From assembly GCF_009914755.1 (NCBI RefSeq), contig NC_060925.1: a stretch of 64,000 nucleotides of DNA; one strand, 5' to 3'. The notes below the pieces were generated by a model, which saw nothing but the letters and a program-made list of their open reading frames with translations, had not been told where the DNA came from and searched no databases. Both the position numbers and the translations under genes were made by a program. The stretch is from the human T2T-CHM13v2.0 reference genome, Homo sapiens. Below are positions 12,501-25,881 of the stretch, piece after piece. Position 1 is the stretch's first letter. Each line of letters opens with the position of its first letter.

Positions 12501-13129
12501 TTTCTCTTTTGCTACTGCATTAAAGCTACAGTGAGAACATTAAAAAATACGTAAGCTGACAAGGATAGAAGTATAGGGGTAGTGGTGACTGTAAAAAAAA
12601 ATTATATCTAGATAATATAAATGGAGGAGTATTAACTGGCATAGCATCCAAATAAAGCCAAATTCCACAATGGCAATAAGGAGAGGTGAAATCATCCTGA
12701 TTTACACTGTAGGATCAGCAAAAGTCTCAAAAACTTAGGGAACCAAGCATATAGGACTGGAAATGAATTGGATATGAGGTAAAATATAGAGCACCAGAGT
12801 GAAAGCTACTTGAGAAGTCAAATCCTTACATTCTCTGACTTTATAATCCCTAATAAAAACCTGAAGTTTGACTAGAAAGAGAAAGTTCATCACATGGTCT
12901 CTGAATTGAAGGAGTTGGGTCATGATACAAACTCTATGTTGTGGCTAAAATTTACAAAACAGGAATGCTGCATGTGAATTTAAAGACCTGTCAGCCTTAT
13001 TTTTGTTCCTAAATCCCTAAGAACAGTCAATCAGACTCTCTAGGCAAGATTTATAAAGATTTTTATCTGAGGAATCTCACCAGTCTTGAAGAAGCTCACA
13101 AAAGATAAGGAGTTCTCTAATAAATGAAG

Positions 13130-13242
13130 CAACATACAACCTGATTTGTCCGGTATAGTTCTAGTTTATGCATATTGTTTTGACATATGAACAGTGCCTC
13201 CTTAATCTCAAAACTTTAGACAATGATTTGCATGGCTACCCC
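13130..13242 (+). mobile_element. MER94-like (hAT-Blackjack)
   Basis: ctgatttgtccggtatagttctagtttatgc...gtgcctccttaatctcaaaa...atggctaccc resembles MER94. Confidence 0.5.
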
Positions 13243-13374
13243 ATGCTTTACTGAAACTTAAAGTTGACAAATTGAATTTACATGCTCAAAACTACAAATG
13301 AGATTTTAATTCTCTCACTCTTTGTTATGAGCCAAGGATGATAAGACTTCTGAATACAGCTTCAGTTATGAAAG

Positions 13375-13377
<3 letters not shown>

Positions 13378-13410
<33 letters not shown>
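13378..13410. repeat. (CA)n microsatellite
   Basis: Read directly from sequence. Confidence 0.95.
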
Positions 13411-13413
<3 letters not shown>

Positions 13414-16381
13414 CACACTCCAAATTGGCAGAAAGAAAAAAACTAAAAGAATAAGTATTAGCAATATTTTTAAGAGACAAGACAACTTATTTTGTTAATA
13501 AAACAAGATACTATTTAAAAATGAAAAAAAAACAACTCTTGGAAACTAAAATAAATAAATAGTAGAAAACTGTAAGACCTATTCAGAATGTCAACTTTTG
13601 AATAATAAGAGATTCGGAAAGATAAACACAGAAAATAGAGAGGATGATGTTATAAAAAAGTTATTCAAGGAATATTGAAACCACTGAGTGCCTAGCAAAA
13701 TAGATGAAATATGAAAGTCGTCCATTATGAAATTTCAAACCGAATATGATTTAGCTTTTGGTCATGGCAGTTTGGCTTGCATTAGACCAACTCTCCTGCT
13801 GAACACAATTAGAAAAATTGATAGAAAATCTACATAAAACCTAAAACACGTTGGCAGGAAATTGTAGGGTTCTGAGTGCCCAGAGAAATTGACACCTGGG
13901 CTTCGGGTGAGAATGTTCCTTTGCCCCTAGAAACTTCTTTCCTCATTGGGAGAGAGACAGAGCTAGCCCAGAATATAGTCCTATAAAGAACAGGCTTTGG
14001 AGCTATAGAATGTACCCAGCAGGAGGCTGGTATACGTTTTATTTGCATTTTTAAGTTGTTCATATATGCTGTGTACACTTTTCAGTATGTGTAATAAAAT
14101 TAATAAATAATAATATAAAAATATTGAAAAGAGCTCCTTTGTTGGAGTTCTGAAGACTTTGGATAAGAAAGAACATAGTGTTTTGGGGCTCAAGTAACTT
14201 ACTTTAAGAATGATCTGGTGGAGGAGATTGCCTCACTTTGTTAGTACACTCTGGGGCTCTGGTCTGCTGTGGGGCTAACATTGTGTTTTGAGTAGGAGGA
14301 AATGTTGTCAGCAGCTCTGAAAGCTCAAGAGTGGGGGTGGTGACTTTGTATGCACAAGTTACCTTCCCGATGTCATTACCACGGAGAGCTGTAACTGTAG
14401 AAGAGGAAAGTCGATAGCCTTGGATTCTAAGGAGATTTGCTTCTATGTGCCAAGAACAAGGGCAGAAGGAGGAAACAGGAAGTGTATTTATACTTTGCTT
14501 GGATATAACTGGTAAACCAGATTCATAGAATACAGCAAGTGTTTTAAGCTGTTCATATTGTTGCACACAACATATGCAACATTAATTATATAACTTTGAA
14601 TCAGAATTGAAGGTCTGTAAAATGCTTCTGAAATCTTATCACATATAACCTAAATAAATCTTTGTGAGATATTATACTTTTTCTGTCTTCTCCATTAAGC
14701 TGAATCTTGAGAATGGAATTATGTCATTTATTTCTATATACGTGTCTGCCTCATCTTGTTTCTGAATGGAATGAATCTTATTTCTATTTTTCAAATGGAC
14801 AAAGTTGATATTTTAAACTTACAAAGTTGAGATTTCAACTAAGATTTGAACTAACTCTTCTTGATAACAAACATGGAAAATACTTGAAATAACTTTAAAC
14901 TGTTATTTTTTTAATATTAAGCATGTTTTATAAATTAAAATTAGAGGTCATTATAAACAAGCAGCATTTAAGCAGAAATGTCAGATGAATGCTCACATGG
15001 GGAAATGCAGAGTCGGAATGGATCATGGTTATAATGGGTCTTACACAGACCAACCCTATCCATGAGGGTTTTCTCTGAGTTGTGGTAAAGTTAATAGAAA
15101 AATGTGAATTTTAAAAAAAGATAAATTTATCTAATTCAACATAACATAGTTAATTTAAAATCACATATCTCCTACTTTTTTTGGTGGTTAAAACTTATTT
15201 GTTCATAACATCATGGTAAAAAAAATAGTCTTATTTTTGTAACACAAGCTGAATTTGGAACCACATATCACCCATTCAATTCTAAAACTATTATTTCTTA
15301 CTAATAAAGTGATAGAATGATTATAATTTTTCTGTCATCTCTGAGGCAATATAAGCTGACTTTTAAAGTTAAATTATTTACATCATTTGCCATATAAAAC
15401 TGGAGCACAACTTATTCCTACAGTAAATATTTCTAGAAGGAAAGACATGGTCACATGGAAAACAAAGCTAAATCCAGGATAAAAATGCATCCATCCATAA
15501 TTCTCTTTCAGAGATGGTACCTTAAGAGGAACATTGTTTGCTTACATGTGCAATTAGGTTTTTAATTAGAGTGTTAAAACTTGAACAGAAACCTCATACG
15601 TAGCTAATTAAAAAATAACCAGCTTGCACTCCAATCAGCATACCTGGGTGGTCTTTGACTAGGAAATATATAGATTACTTTATTCAGATTTGGATTATTT
15701 TTTGTTCTACCAAAGTAGGAGAGACATAATTCAGTACCCTACTCTGCTTTTCTTTCTCCTTTAAATTTGAATTTGAGTACAAATGACTTTAAATTAGGCT
15801 GTTTGTTTCCATAGTGAGTTTAAGGACTTACCCATCAATGTGCAATTTCTTCAACCAACATTACTGTTACAATTTTCTCTGATATAAATAATCCAATTTC
15901 TAATAATAATAATAATGATAATTTTAATTTAAACATCTTGCAATGACATTTTTGAGAAAGTATTATAGTCAAAAGTAGATCAAAATCTGCCTTGGGTGCT
16001 GGAGGTATAGCAAATTTTCAGGTAAAGGACATTTGACAGGCTTTATATGTTACATAATTTTCTTGTTTTATACATAGATCACATATATGTATATGTATAC
16101 ATAAAGCAATTATTTATGTAACAATTATATATGCATATATGTAAAACAATAGTAATATAGTAGGAATAGAAATTTTCTACCAAGTTTTCTTTTTAGAACA
16201 AAAGATTTTCTTACAGAAAGAAATGCTAACATCATACTGTATCTTAGGAAAAAAAAATGTTGTTTGTGGAGCTTTGAGAAAGATAGCATCTGCCAATCCA
16301 ATAACTCAGCACCTACAATTCTGCTGTATTGTCTGTAGTTAGAATATGAACTGGGAAAATGACAATATATTTTTTCCCCAG

Positions 16382-16445
16382 GATTGCTCTATGAAGAAGA
16401 CTCTGCTGGAAATTTGTTGAAGGACAGCAAAGGGAAACAAAAAAA
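16382..16445 (+). other. Candidate 64-nt exon (xLLYEEDSAGNLLKDSKGKQK)
   Basis: Acceptor ttttttccccag, donor AAA|gtaaga, purine-rich body, one open frame; unique sequence. Confidence 0.35.
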
Positions 16446-16729
16446 GTAAGAAAATATCTACATCAGGTATTATGAAATAATTTACCTCACTGAATTTTAT
16501 CTCCATGATAATTGTTCTACTTTTAGCACCCTTCTTTCTCCCTCCCCTTTCTTTAGGTTAATAGAAATAAGCAAATGGAAAACAATTGAGATAATTTTAC
16601 TCTAAATTATTTCTCAAAATTATTATAATAACAGACTAAGTTTGGTTGTCACCTGCAGCATGACTCTTGCTGCTGTCCCTCTGTTTACTCTCCTGGCTAA
16701 GGTGTGTAGCTCATGTTCTCCCACAATCG

Positions 16730-16910
16730 TCTATTTATATCTATGAGAACACTTACTGCGCTGGTGGAATATTCTATTTATGTGTTGATTCCCTTTCTTG
16801 GAATGTAGACTTCTTGAGAATTTTCAAATGTTGAAGTCATTTTTGTGCTTCCAGCACCTAGCACAGTGCCTGATACATAGTAATACTCAACCAACGTTTC
16901 TTAAATAAAT
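16730..16910 (+). mobile_element. L2 3' end
   Basis: ccagcacctagcacagtgcctgatacatagtaatactcaa. Confidence 0.8.
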
Positions 16911-19359
16911 ATCTATCAGCAGGGAACTAATAGATAAGTATACTTAAGTTGAAGTTTTTCGGGCACATATTTGAGTATAAGAACAATTTTTAAAAGTCAG
17001 ATGTTTAGCTGTCTTAAAAAGCCTAAGTAGTTAACTTTGCATCAATATTGTAGAGCAAATACTTAATCATGGAAAAAAAAAAATCTTAAGTCTTATGCTT
17101 TTCACTGCTATCTTGCTATTTTAAAATTTGTCCTGAAGGTGGCAACATTGAATAATTTTCTGCACATTTTTCTAAATAAAGCCTTTATGGCCACTTTTAA
17201 TTAAAGTTTTATATTTAGAAATAAACACGTTTCCCCCACTTTCTATTGTATTGTAGAAGAAAATATTTTATGGATTTTTTATTTTTTTACCTAGTAACCT
17301 TGAATATACATGTTGAAAGAAGCTGTTTGCGACTTTTAAGAATAAAACTTAACCCAAATAAGGTTCAAGGTAGAGCTACTCAAATGTCCAAATGTAAGAT
17401 AGGGATTAAACACAACATATGTTTTCTGCCAAGCAAATTTATATCAATAGACATGCTTAACTGTAAGTGTAAATCAATGCTAGTTCTTTTTAGGTAAAAA
17501 CTTATTTTCTTGCTATAGTGATTCAAATTCAACAGAATATTTTTAGTATCCAATGTGATCTGTTAATAAAGGAATACAGATATTTGTCAGGAATTGCTTT
17601 AACAAATAACAAGAAACAAGTAACCAGAAACTTAAAAAATTCTGCCATCAACAACTACTTTGTAAAGTTATCAACAATGGAATATATTTGATTATCACAC
17701 TTAGGAATTCATTATTTTATATTCTATCTTCCATTTTTGGATGTTAGCTCATTAATAAACAATGCTTTAATAACTTATGTTCATCCCAATCTTTAAAGTC
17801 TTACTGTGAAACAGAAAGGTAGCAAGTCATGTGTCACAGAGGTTAATTAACTTATATAAGAACTGTCAATGGTAAAGCCAAAAAAGGAACTATGCATTTT
17901 GTATCTGTGGATGGTGACAAGTGCTCATGGTTATAAGTCTATCATTGTCATCATAGACTGTTCAGTCTCTTAACGTGGCTTCTGCGAGATAGGCTAATAT
18001 CTGTTTTCATGCTATTTTATATTAGGATTTTGTTGTATGTGCAATTTATGTTTTGACTTATAGCTTTTTGGGCTCTATGCACTAGTGATGCTTGCAATAA
18101 AAGAATTCTAATGCATCACTTCTTAATGCTAATATGCATACTCATTTCTATTCCTTATTGCTAAACACATTTAGAATATTGTCTTAGATTCTCTAATGAG
18201 ACTCTTTTAAATTGAAAGGGGTTTAGCAGGTAGAGAAGCTACATGATCAGATGAAGACAATATGGAGGAATCATCAAAACCAGATGTGTGTGAGAGAGTG
18301 AAATGCTGTAAGGCAAGCAAGAAGAGACTGATGCATGGGGAGCTTAGAGGGAACTGGACAGTGCCTGAGGCAACATGAAACAGATGGAGCTTTCTGCCAG
18401 GTGCAGTGAGAATGCACCCCAGACACTGTATGCACAGGTTTTAAAGATTCTGCACATGCATACTCTATTAAAAGGCAGGACATATTCCAACATCATAATT
18501 TGCCAAAGTAAAGTTGCCAGATAAAGAAATTAAATAGGTGGCATGTTCTAGGGTGTAAATTTCTTTGCCACTGCATCTTGGAGAGACAATATTTTTCTTT
18601 TCCTTGGCTTTAGTCCAGGCTCACTAATGTTAGTTGGCATTCTTGCTTCATTCAAGGACTCCTTCCACTTTGCTCAGGATAAGCAGAATCCACCTGGGCC
18701 ACATAGATCATATATGGCCCTAATCTTAGATGGGCATGCCCCTCTGATTTTAATGATCAGAACTCTGGACCACGTCTCTACATCTGCAAAGCCACAGACT
18801 TTCTAATCATGAACAGAGACCAATTACTCCACCAGTCCTCTTTTTTGATCACATACTAAAGGCTATTAATTCTCCTAGAATTTATCCCATATTGTGTTAA
18901 TATTAAGATAAAAAGAGTACTTGAAACAATGTGCTTTTCTTAAAATGATGACTGTAGGAAAATTCTGTTTCTAAAAATAAGTAGTATTTGGTAATAAAAG
19001 TATATATTTTTATTTTTAGATAAGTAATCACATAATATATACATCATAAATTTTTGTTCCACTACATTTAATAATTCTAAAAAGCTTAATGATTCTCAGT
19101 CTATTAACTTGAACTTAAATAGACAATAAAAGAAACCTCGTGACTAAACAGGTATGGGAACATGTGTTCCCTGGTTATGTTTTGTCTTCTAGGTCTTTGG
19201 GGGAATATTCAATTATTTAGTCATCAAAAATAAATAAAAGTTCCAGAAATGCTTTATATAAAACTATGCAATATCTTATATGTGGGAAGACTGGCTCATT
19301 ATTGAAACTCACACACACAAATACACAGACACACATACACCCTGCTGCAGGATGGCAAA

Positions 19360-19578
19360 ACACTTTCCTATGAAACACCCCCTGTATACATACATTATAA
19401 CTTCTATCACAGTGCATTGCAATTTTTTTATTTGTCTGTTTTTCTTATTTTAATTTGATTCCCATAGATTTGGGAGTTTATTTTACTGTCCTTTATATCC
19501 TGAGAGTCCCACATGATGCATGGCACACAATAATAGATACTGAACAAACGCTGTTAACTGATAGGTTGAATGGATAAA
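19360..19578 (+). mobile_element. L2 3' end
   Basis: ctttatatcc...atggcacacaataatagatactgaacaaacgctgttaactga. Confidence 0.55.
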
Positions 19579-19964
19579 TCTTCATTGGAGTAGTTTGGTA
19601 AACAAATATACTTTAATGGTTCTAGAATCTCTAAAATGGGAGCTTTGAGTATGGTAATCTGGTGGAAAGGGTGAGCTGAGGACTTGTTGTGAAATTTTGT
19701 TTTGCCATTTATTTTACTTAGAAAGCATATTGTTTGGAGTGGCTAACTCCAGTGGCATGTTGCTTGGAGTGAAGAAACAGAGCTGAGGTTTCAAATATTT
19801 TGAACCAGTACTTCTCAATGTAATGGATAAAAAATTTTATAACACATTTCAGCTTTAAGTACTTTGGAAATTTTGCCTTGGGAAAGTTACAGAATCAAAG
19901 AAAAGTAATTATTGAATAATAAACAAAATATGTTAATTTTCTACATTTCTTAAAATAATTTTTG

Positions 19965-20640
19965 CATTATAAGGTCTCACTTACGTAAATGACAGAAACC
20001 CAATTCAATTTAAGCAGAGGAAGAACTTATTGATTCATGCCAGATAGCAGATCTAGTTTTAGAAATAGCTGAATTCAGGGATATAAATTTAAAGGTTTGT
20101 TCACCTATCATTTTGTCCAACTTACACTGTATTCACTTAGTTCCCAGACTGGTTCTACATACAAGTAACAAATACCTCAGCTAGCGCTAAGCTAACACAC
20201 TTATTGCTATTAATGGAGCAAACCTTAATTTCAGAATCCTGGTGGAGGGACTCATTGGCTCAGCATAATCTTGTGCTCTCTCTGAACCAATCACATGGCT
20301 TTGGAAGCAGAAAAAAACATTGTATAAAATGGTTACTTTTTCATTAACTACAACTCCTTGAAAATCAGATGATCAGACAAACAAAACAATGTGTTTCTTA
20401 GTGAATAACCTGATTCTGCTTGGTCCAAACCATCCTGAACCTGGAACTCTTACTGAGAAAAATTCTTTTTATAGGTAAACCAAATCTTCTCATTAACCTG
20501 GCCTGGATCATGTGCTTTTGTCAATGACTAGCGGTGGAAGGGGAATGTGCCGCACCTAAAACATGTGGAATTTGTTCTGTATAGAAAATAAGGTTCTAAA
20601 ACAGGATAAAAAGGAAGGAAATCTTTGATTATGATGAGGC
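19965..20640 (-). mobile_element. Ancient MaLR/ERVL LTR (MLT1J-L/LTR33-like), interrupted by the 177-bp duplicate
   Basis: gtaaatgacagaaacccaattcaatttaagcagaggaagaacttattgattcatg motif. Confidence 0.45.
20224..20400 (+). repeat. 177-bp direct repeat, copy 1
   Basis: 6 mismatches to 21221-21397 by manual comparison. Confidence 0.97.
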
Positions 20641-20668
20641 AAAATAAAAATTACAGATTATATACATA

Positions 20669-20947
20669 TTTTTTGAGATGGAGTTTTGCTCTTGTTGCCC
20701 AGGCTGGAGTGCAATGGCGTGATCTCCAGCTCACTACAACCTCCGCCTCCTGGATTCAAGCAATTCTCCTGCCTCAGCCTCCCCAGTAGCTGGGATTACA
20801 GGCATGTGCCACCACACCTGGCTAATTTTGTATTTTTAGTAGAGACGGGGTTTCTCCATATTGGTCAGGGTGGTCTCAAACTCCCAAACTCAGGTGATCC
20901 GCCCACCTCGGCTTCCCAAAGTGCTGGGATTACAGGCGCGAGCCACA
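20669..20947 (-). mobile_element. AluS (AluSp-like), lacking the first ~10 nt
   Basis: gttttgctcttgttgccc and tttctccatattggtcagg diagnostic-like positions. Confidence 0.93.
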
Positions 20948-21220
20948 TGCATTATAATTTTTATGATATAACTTATGCATGGTAATTTATATCATTCATT
21001 CATAATTTACTTAAAATATATATGTTACCTATCTACTTAGGGCCAATTATTTGAATGGACATTGGGTTACAAAAGGAAAAAGTCAAAGATCCTACATCCT
21101 CCAGCACTTACCTTTATACTTTGTTGTTTTCCTCTCATTCATTTCTCTTTTCTTGCTTAGTGATTCTTTGGCCTTTCTCACAGCTCCTGAGCTTTAATGC
21201 AAGATAAACCTTCTCTTTTT

Positions 21221-21397
21221 CTTAATTTCAGAATCCTGGTGAAGGGACTCATTGGCTCAGCATAATCTTGTGCTCTCTCTGGACCAATCACATGGCTTTG
21301 GAAGCAGAAAAAAACATTGTATAATATGGTTATTTTTTCATTAACTACAACTCCCTGAAAATCAGATGATCAGACAAACAATACAATGTGTTTCTTA
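21221..21397 (+). repeat. 177-bp direct repeat, copy 2 (MLT1-like sequence)
   Basis: See copy 1; gggactcattggctcag...ggaccaatca is an MLT1K/L-like motif. Confidence 0.97.
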
Positions 21398-21829
21398 TGC
21401 ATAAAAGCACTTTTTAGTATTGATGACATTGCTGTAGGTATCCATGGATCATAATGTGCTTGCACTGACGAAAAGCTCAGCTGTTCTCTGGTGAATGCAC
21501 TCCATAAGATTACTATCTTGTCTCCATTCTCCCTGGACAGAATTATTATTTGTTTAATAAAAGAAAAATAAAACAGAATAGCTCAAGGCATACATAGAGC
21601 AGATGTTTCCCTTGACCACATGATGAAACTGAGGTACAGTTGCCCAAACGTACCTATTTTATGGCAAAGCCAGTAATCGAAGCAAGTGCTGCTTTCTCTC
21701 TCAGAACCTGTTATCTCCTCTAAATCAGAGATTTTAAACTGGTAATTTACAAATACCTCTGAATTACAGTCATATTTTGTTTGGCCCACACATTGTTGTA
21801 TTGGAGAGGATTTATTCTATTTATTTTGT

Positions 21830-24800
21830 TGAAGATTTTTTAAGAGTAAATTTAGGTTCAAAGTAAAATAGACAGGAAAGTACAGAGATTTCTCATGTGT
21901 TTCCTCCCCCAAAGGATGTGTAACTTCTCCCATATTCAACATCCTCCATCGAAGTGGTATCTTTGTTACAACTGACGAGCTTACACTGGTACATCATAAT
22001 CACCTGGAGACTATAGTCCACATTAGAGTTCCCTCTGGTGTTCTGCATTATATGGGCTTGGAAAAATGTATAAAGATATGTATATACCATTATAGAATCA
22101 TAAAGAATATTTTCACTGCGCTAAGAATTTTTTGTATTCTAACTATACATTCCTCTCTCTCGTTCCTGTCCCTTGATATTCACTAATCCTTTTCCTATCT
22201 CCACATTTTTCCCTTTTCAGAATGTCATGGTAGAAATCATGCAGTATATAATCTTTTCAGACTGACTTTTTTTCATTTAGTAATGTGTACTTAAGTTTCT
22301 TTGTTATTTTTTCACAGCATGATAGTTCATTTTTTTTAGCATTGAATAATATTCCATTGACAGGATGTACTAGAGTTTATTTATCCATTTACCTACTGAA
22401 GAACATCTTGGTGGCTTCCGTGTTTTGGCTATTATGATGAAAGCGGCTATAAATATCCATATGCAGGCTTTGTGTGGACATGTTTTCAACTCCTTTGGGT
22501 AAATATCAAAGACGATGATTGCTGCATTATATGTTAAGAGTACGTTTAGTTTTATAAGAAATGGCCCAGCTATATTTTGAAGTAGCTGTTCAATTTTGCA
22601 TTCCCAGCAGATATGAATGAGAGTCGCTATCACTCCACATTCTCTCCAGCATTTGATGGTTTTGGTTTGGATTTTGAGCATTCTAATAGCAGTGTAATGT
22701 TATCTCTTTGTCATTTTAACTTGCATTTTCATGATGACAAATAACATGGAGCATCTTTATGTATGTCTATTTGCCATTAGTATATCTTCTTTGATTATAT
22801 TTCTGTTAAAATTTTGATGCACTTTCTAATAGGTTGTATGTTTTCTTACTGTTTTAGGAGTTCTTTGTGCATTTTGGATAACAGTCTTTTGTCAGATATG
22901 TCTTTTGCAAATATTTTCTCCCAGTATGTGGATTGTCTTTTTATTCTCTTGTGTCTTTCACAAAGCAGAAATTTTAATGAAGTCTAGTCTATCTGTTCTT
23001 ATTTTCATGGATTGCTATGCTATCTAAACAATGTTGTGTGTAAAAAGTAATAGCCAAACCCAAGATCATCTGGAGTTTCTCCTATGTTATTTTCTAGGAG
23101 TTTCATTGTTTTGTATTTTGCATTTAGCTCTGGGAGCCATTTTGAGTTAATTTCTGCAGAGCATATAAGGTCTGAGTCAAGTTATTTTTTGGCATTGGAT
23201 GTCCACTTGTCTCAGAACCATTTGTTTAAAAGATAATCTTTCCTCCATGGTATTACCTTTGCTTCTTTGTCAAAGATCAGTTGTCTATGATTATTTTGGT
23301 CCAGTTTTGGGCTCTTTGTTCGTTTCCATTGTTCTATGTGTTTATTTTTTTCACCAATACCACACCATCTTGATTACTATCATTTCATATTAAGTATTGA
23401 AGTCGAGTAATGTCAGTCCTCTAACTTTGTTCTCTTTTAAGATTGTGGTGACTATACTGTCTCTCTATATAAACTTTAGAATCAGTTTATCAATATCCAG
23501 TAAATAACTTGCTGGGATTTTGATTGAGATTGCATTGAATCTAGAGATTGAGTTGGGAAATACATCTGGACAATATTTCATTTTCTTATCCATGAACAAG
23601 GAATAGCTCTTCTTTTATTTAGTTCTGTAATGTCTTTCATCAGTGTTTTATAATTTTCTTCATTAAATCTTGTTAGATTTATAACTATTTTATTTTTGGG
23701 ATTGTGAATATAAATGATATTGTGATTTTAATTTCAAATTACACTTATTCATTGTTGGTATTGAAAAACAATCAACTTTCATATATCAACCTTGCATCCT
23801 ACAACCTTTCTATAACTGCTTATTAGCTCCAATAATTTTTTGTTGATTCTTTTAGATTTACTAAAAAGACAATCATGTCATTTGTGTACAAAAACTTTTA
23901 ATTATTCTTTCTTGATCAGTATACCGTTACTCCTTATACTTGTCTTGTTGAATTAGCTAAGATGTCCAGTGTGATGTTGAAAAACAGTGGTGAGGGGTTA
24001 CATCCTTGCCTTCTTCCTGATGTTAGTGGAAAGCTTCCAGTTTCTCACTACTAAATTTGATAGATATTGGTGCTTTCTATATATTATTTGTTAAGTTGAA
24101 TAAGCTCCCCTCTTTTCCTAGTGTACTGAGAGTTTTTATTCATGAATGGGTGTTGGATTTTTGTCAAATGCTTCTTCTACATCTATTAATATGATCATGT
24201 GATTTTTCCTTTTTAGCCTGCTGATATAATTGATTGCATTAATTGATTTTTGAATGTTGAATCAGCTTTGCATTCATTAGGTAAACCCCACTTGCTTGTG
24301 ATATAGAATTTTTTAAAATATGTTTTGCGATTTGATTTGCTAATATTTTGTTAAGGATTTTTGCATTTGTGTTCAAGAAAGATATTGGCCTGTAGTTTTC
24401 TTTTCTTGTAAGTCTTTGTCACATTTTGGTACTAGAGTGATGTGGCCCCATAGAACAGTCAATGTTTCCTCTGCTTCTATCTTCTGAAAGAGATTATAGA
24501 AAATTGGTATGTTTTCTTGCTTAAACATTCGGTGGAATTCACCAATGTATCTACTGAGTCTAGTATTTTCTGTTTTGGAAGTTTATTTATCATTGATTCA
24601 ATTTCTTTAACAGACATAGGCTGTTCACACAGTTTATGGGTTCTTATGTAAATTTGGGCAGATTGTGTCTCTCAATGAATTGGTTTCTTTCATGTATATT
24701 GTAAAATTTGGGGACATAGTGTTGTTTGCTGTATTATTTTATTATTTTTTTGTCTATGGAATCTATAGCAATGTCCTTTCTTTCATATCTGATATTCGTA

Positions 24801-25812
24801 ATTTGTGTCCTCTATCTCTCTTAGTTTACCTAGCTACAGACTTATTAATTCTATTGATCTTTTCAAAGAACAAGCTTTTGGTATTGTGGATTTTCTCTAA
24901 GGATGTCTTATTTTCAATTTTATTAATTTTTGCTCTAATTTTTATTGCATTTTTCTGCTTAATTTAAGTTTAATTTTTTCTGCTTTTAAAATTTTTCCTA
25001 AGGTAGAAGCTTAGATAATTGATTTTAAATCTTCCTTATTTTCTAACATATGCATTCAATGCTATATGTTTCCCCATAAACACTGCTTTCACGATTTGCA
25101 TCCCACAAGTCTTGAAAAGTTGTGTTTCTATTTTCATTTTGTTTAAAATATTTTTGAATTTCTCTTGAGTTTTTTTTCCTTCGGCTCTTGTTTAATCACC
25201 ATGAATTTGGGGATTTTTCAGTTATCTTTCTGTTATTGATTTCCAGTTTAATTCCACTGTGGTCTAAGAGCAGACATTGCATGTTTTTATTATTTTAAAT
25301 TTGTTACAGTGTGTTTTATGGCTGAAATATAGTTTATTTTCATGAAATTTTCATGGGAGCTTGAGAAAAATGTGTTTTCTGTTGTTGTTGGATGAGTTTG
25401 TTTATAGATGTCAATTATATTCAGGTGTACTGTTGAGTTTTTCTATGTCCTTACTGATTTTCTGCCTGATGGAGCTATATATGTGTGGTACAAGAGTGTT
25501 AAAATATCTGACTATAATAGTGGATTTATCTATTTCTTATTGAAGGTTGACCAGTTTTTGCTGCATATATTTTGATGCTCTGTTGTTAAGTGTATACATG
25601 TTAACTAGCGTTACATTTTCTTGAATAACTGCTCCATTTATCATTATGTAACATCCTTCTTTATCCTCAATAGCTCCCCTTGCTTTGAAGTCCACTCTGT
25701 CTGAAATTAATATAGCTAATTTTGCTTTCTTTTGATTACTATTAACATATTATATCTTTCTCCGTTACTTTTATTCTGTATGTGTCTTTAGATTTAAAGT
25801 GAGTCTTCTTGG
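21830..25812 (-). mobile_element. L1MC1-like LINE-1, ~4 kb (3' UTR plus degraded ORF2)
   Basis: 3' end ttaggttcaaagtaaaatagacaggaaagtacagagatttc...; ORF 22370-22681 resembles L1 ORF2 C-terminus. Confidence 0.88.
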
Positions 25813-25817
25813 ATAGC

Positions 25818-25881
25818 TCTGCATTAATGAAACTCTTTCTCTACTACAATATTGCAGTCTCAATGACTGCAGCAGATGGGT
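25818..25881 (+). mobile_element. ERV1 LTR 3'-end fragment (MER4-group-like)
   Basis: aaactctttctctactacaatattgcagtctcaatga...gaacccattgggtgattaca. Confidence 0.45.

Larger units (their letters stand above)
12540..13740 (+). mobile_element. Ancient L1M/HAL1 5'/ORF1-region fragments
   Basis: A-rich degenerate ORF1-like sequence (cacagaaaatagagaggatgatgttataaaaaagttattcaagg...cattatgaaatttca). Confidence 0.4.

Noticed and set aside
20686-20985. Alu-derived ORFs (also 38775, 39756, 41126, 57331, 59091)
   Set aside because: Typical Alu translation artefacts
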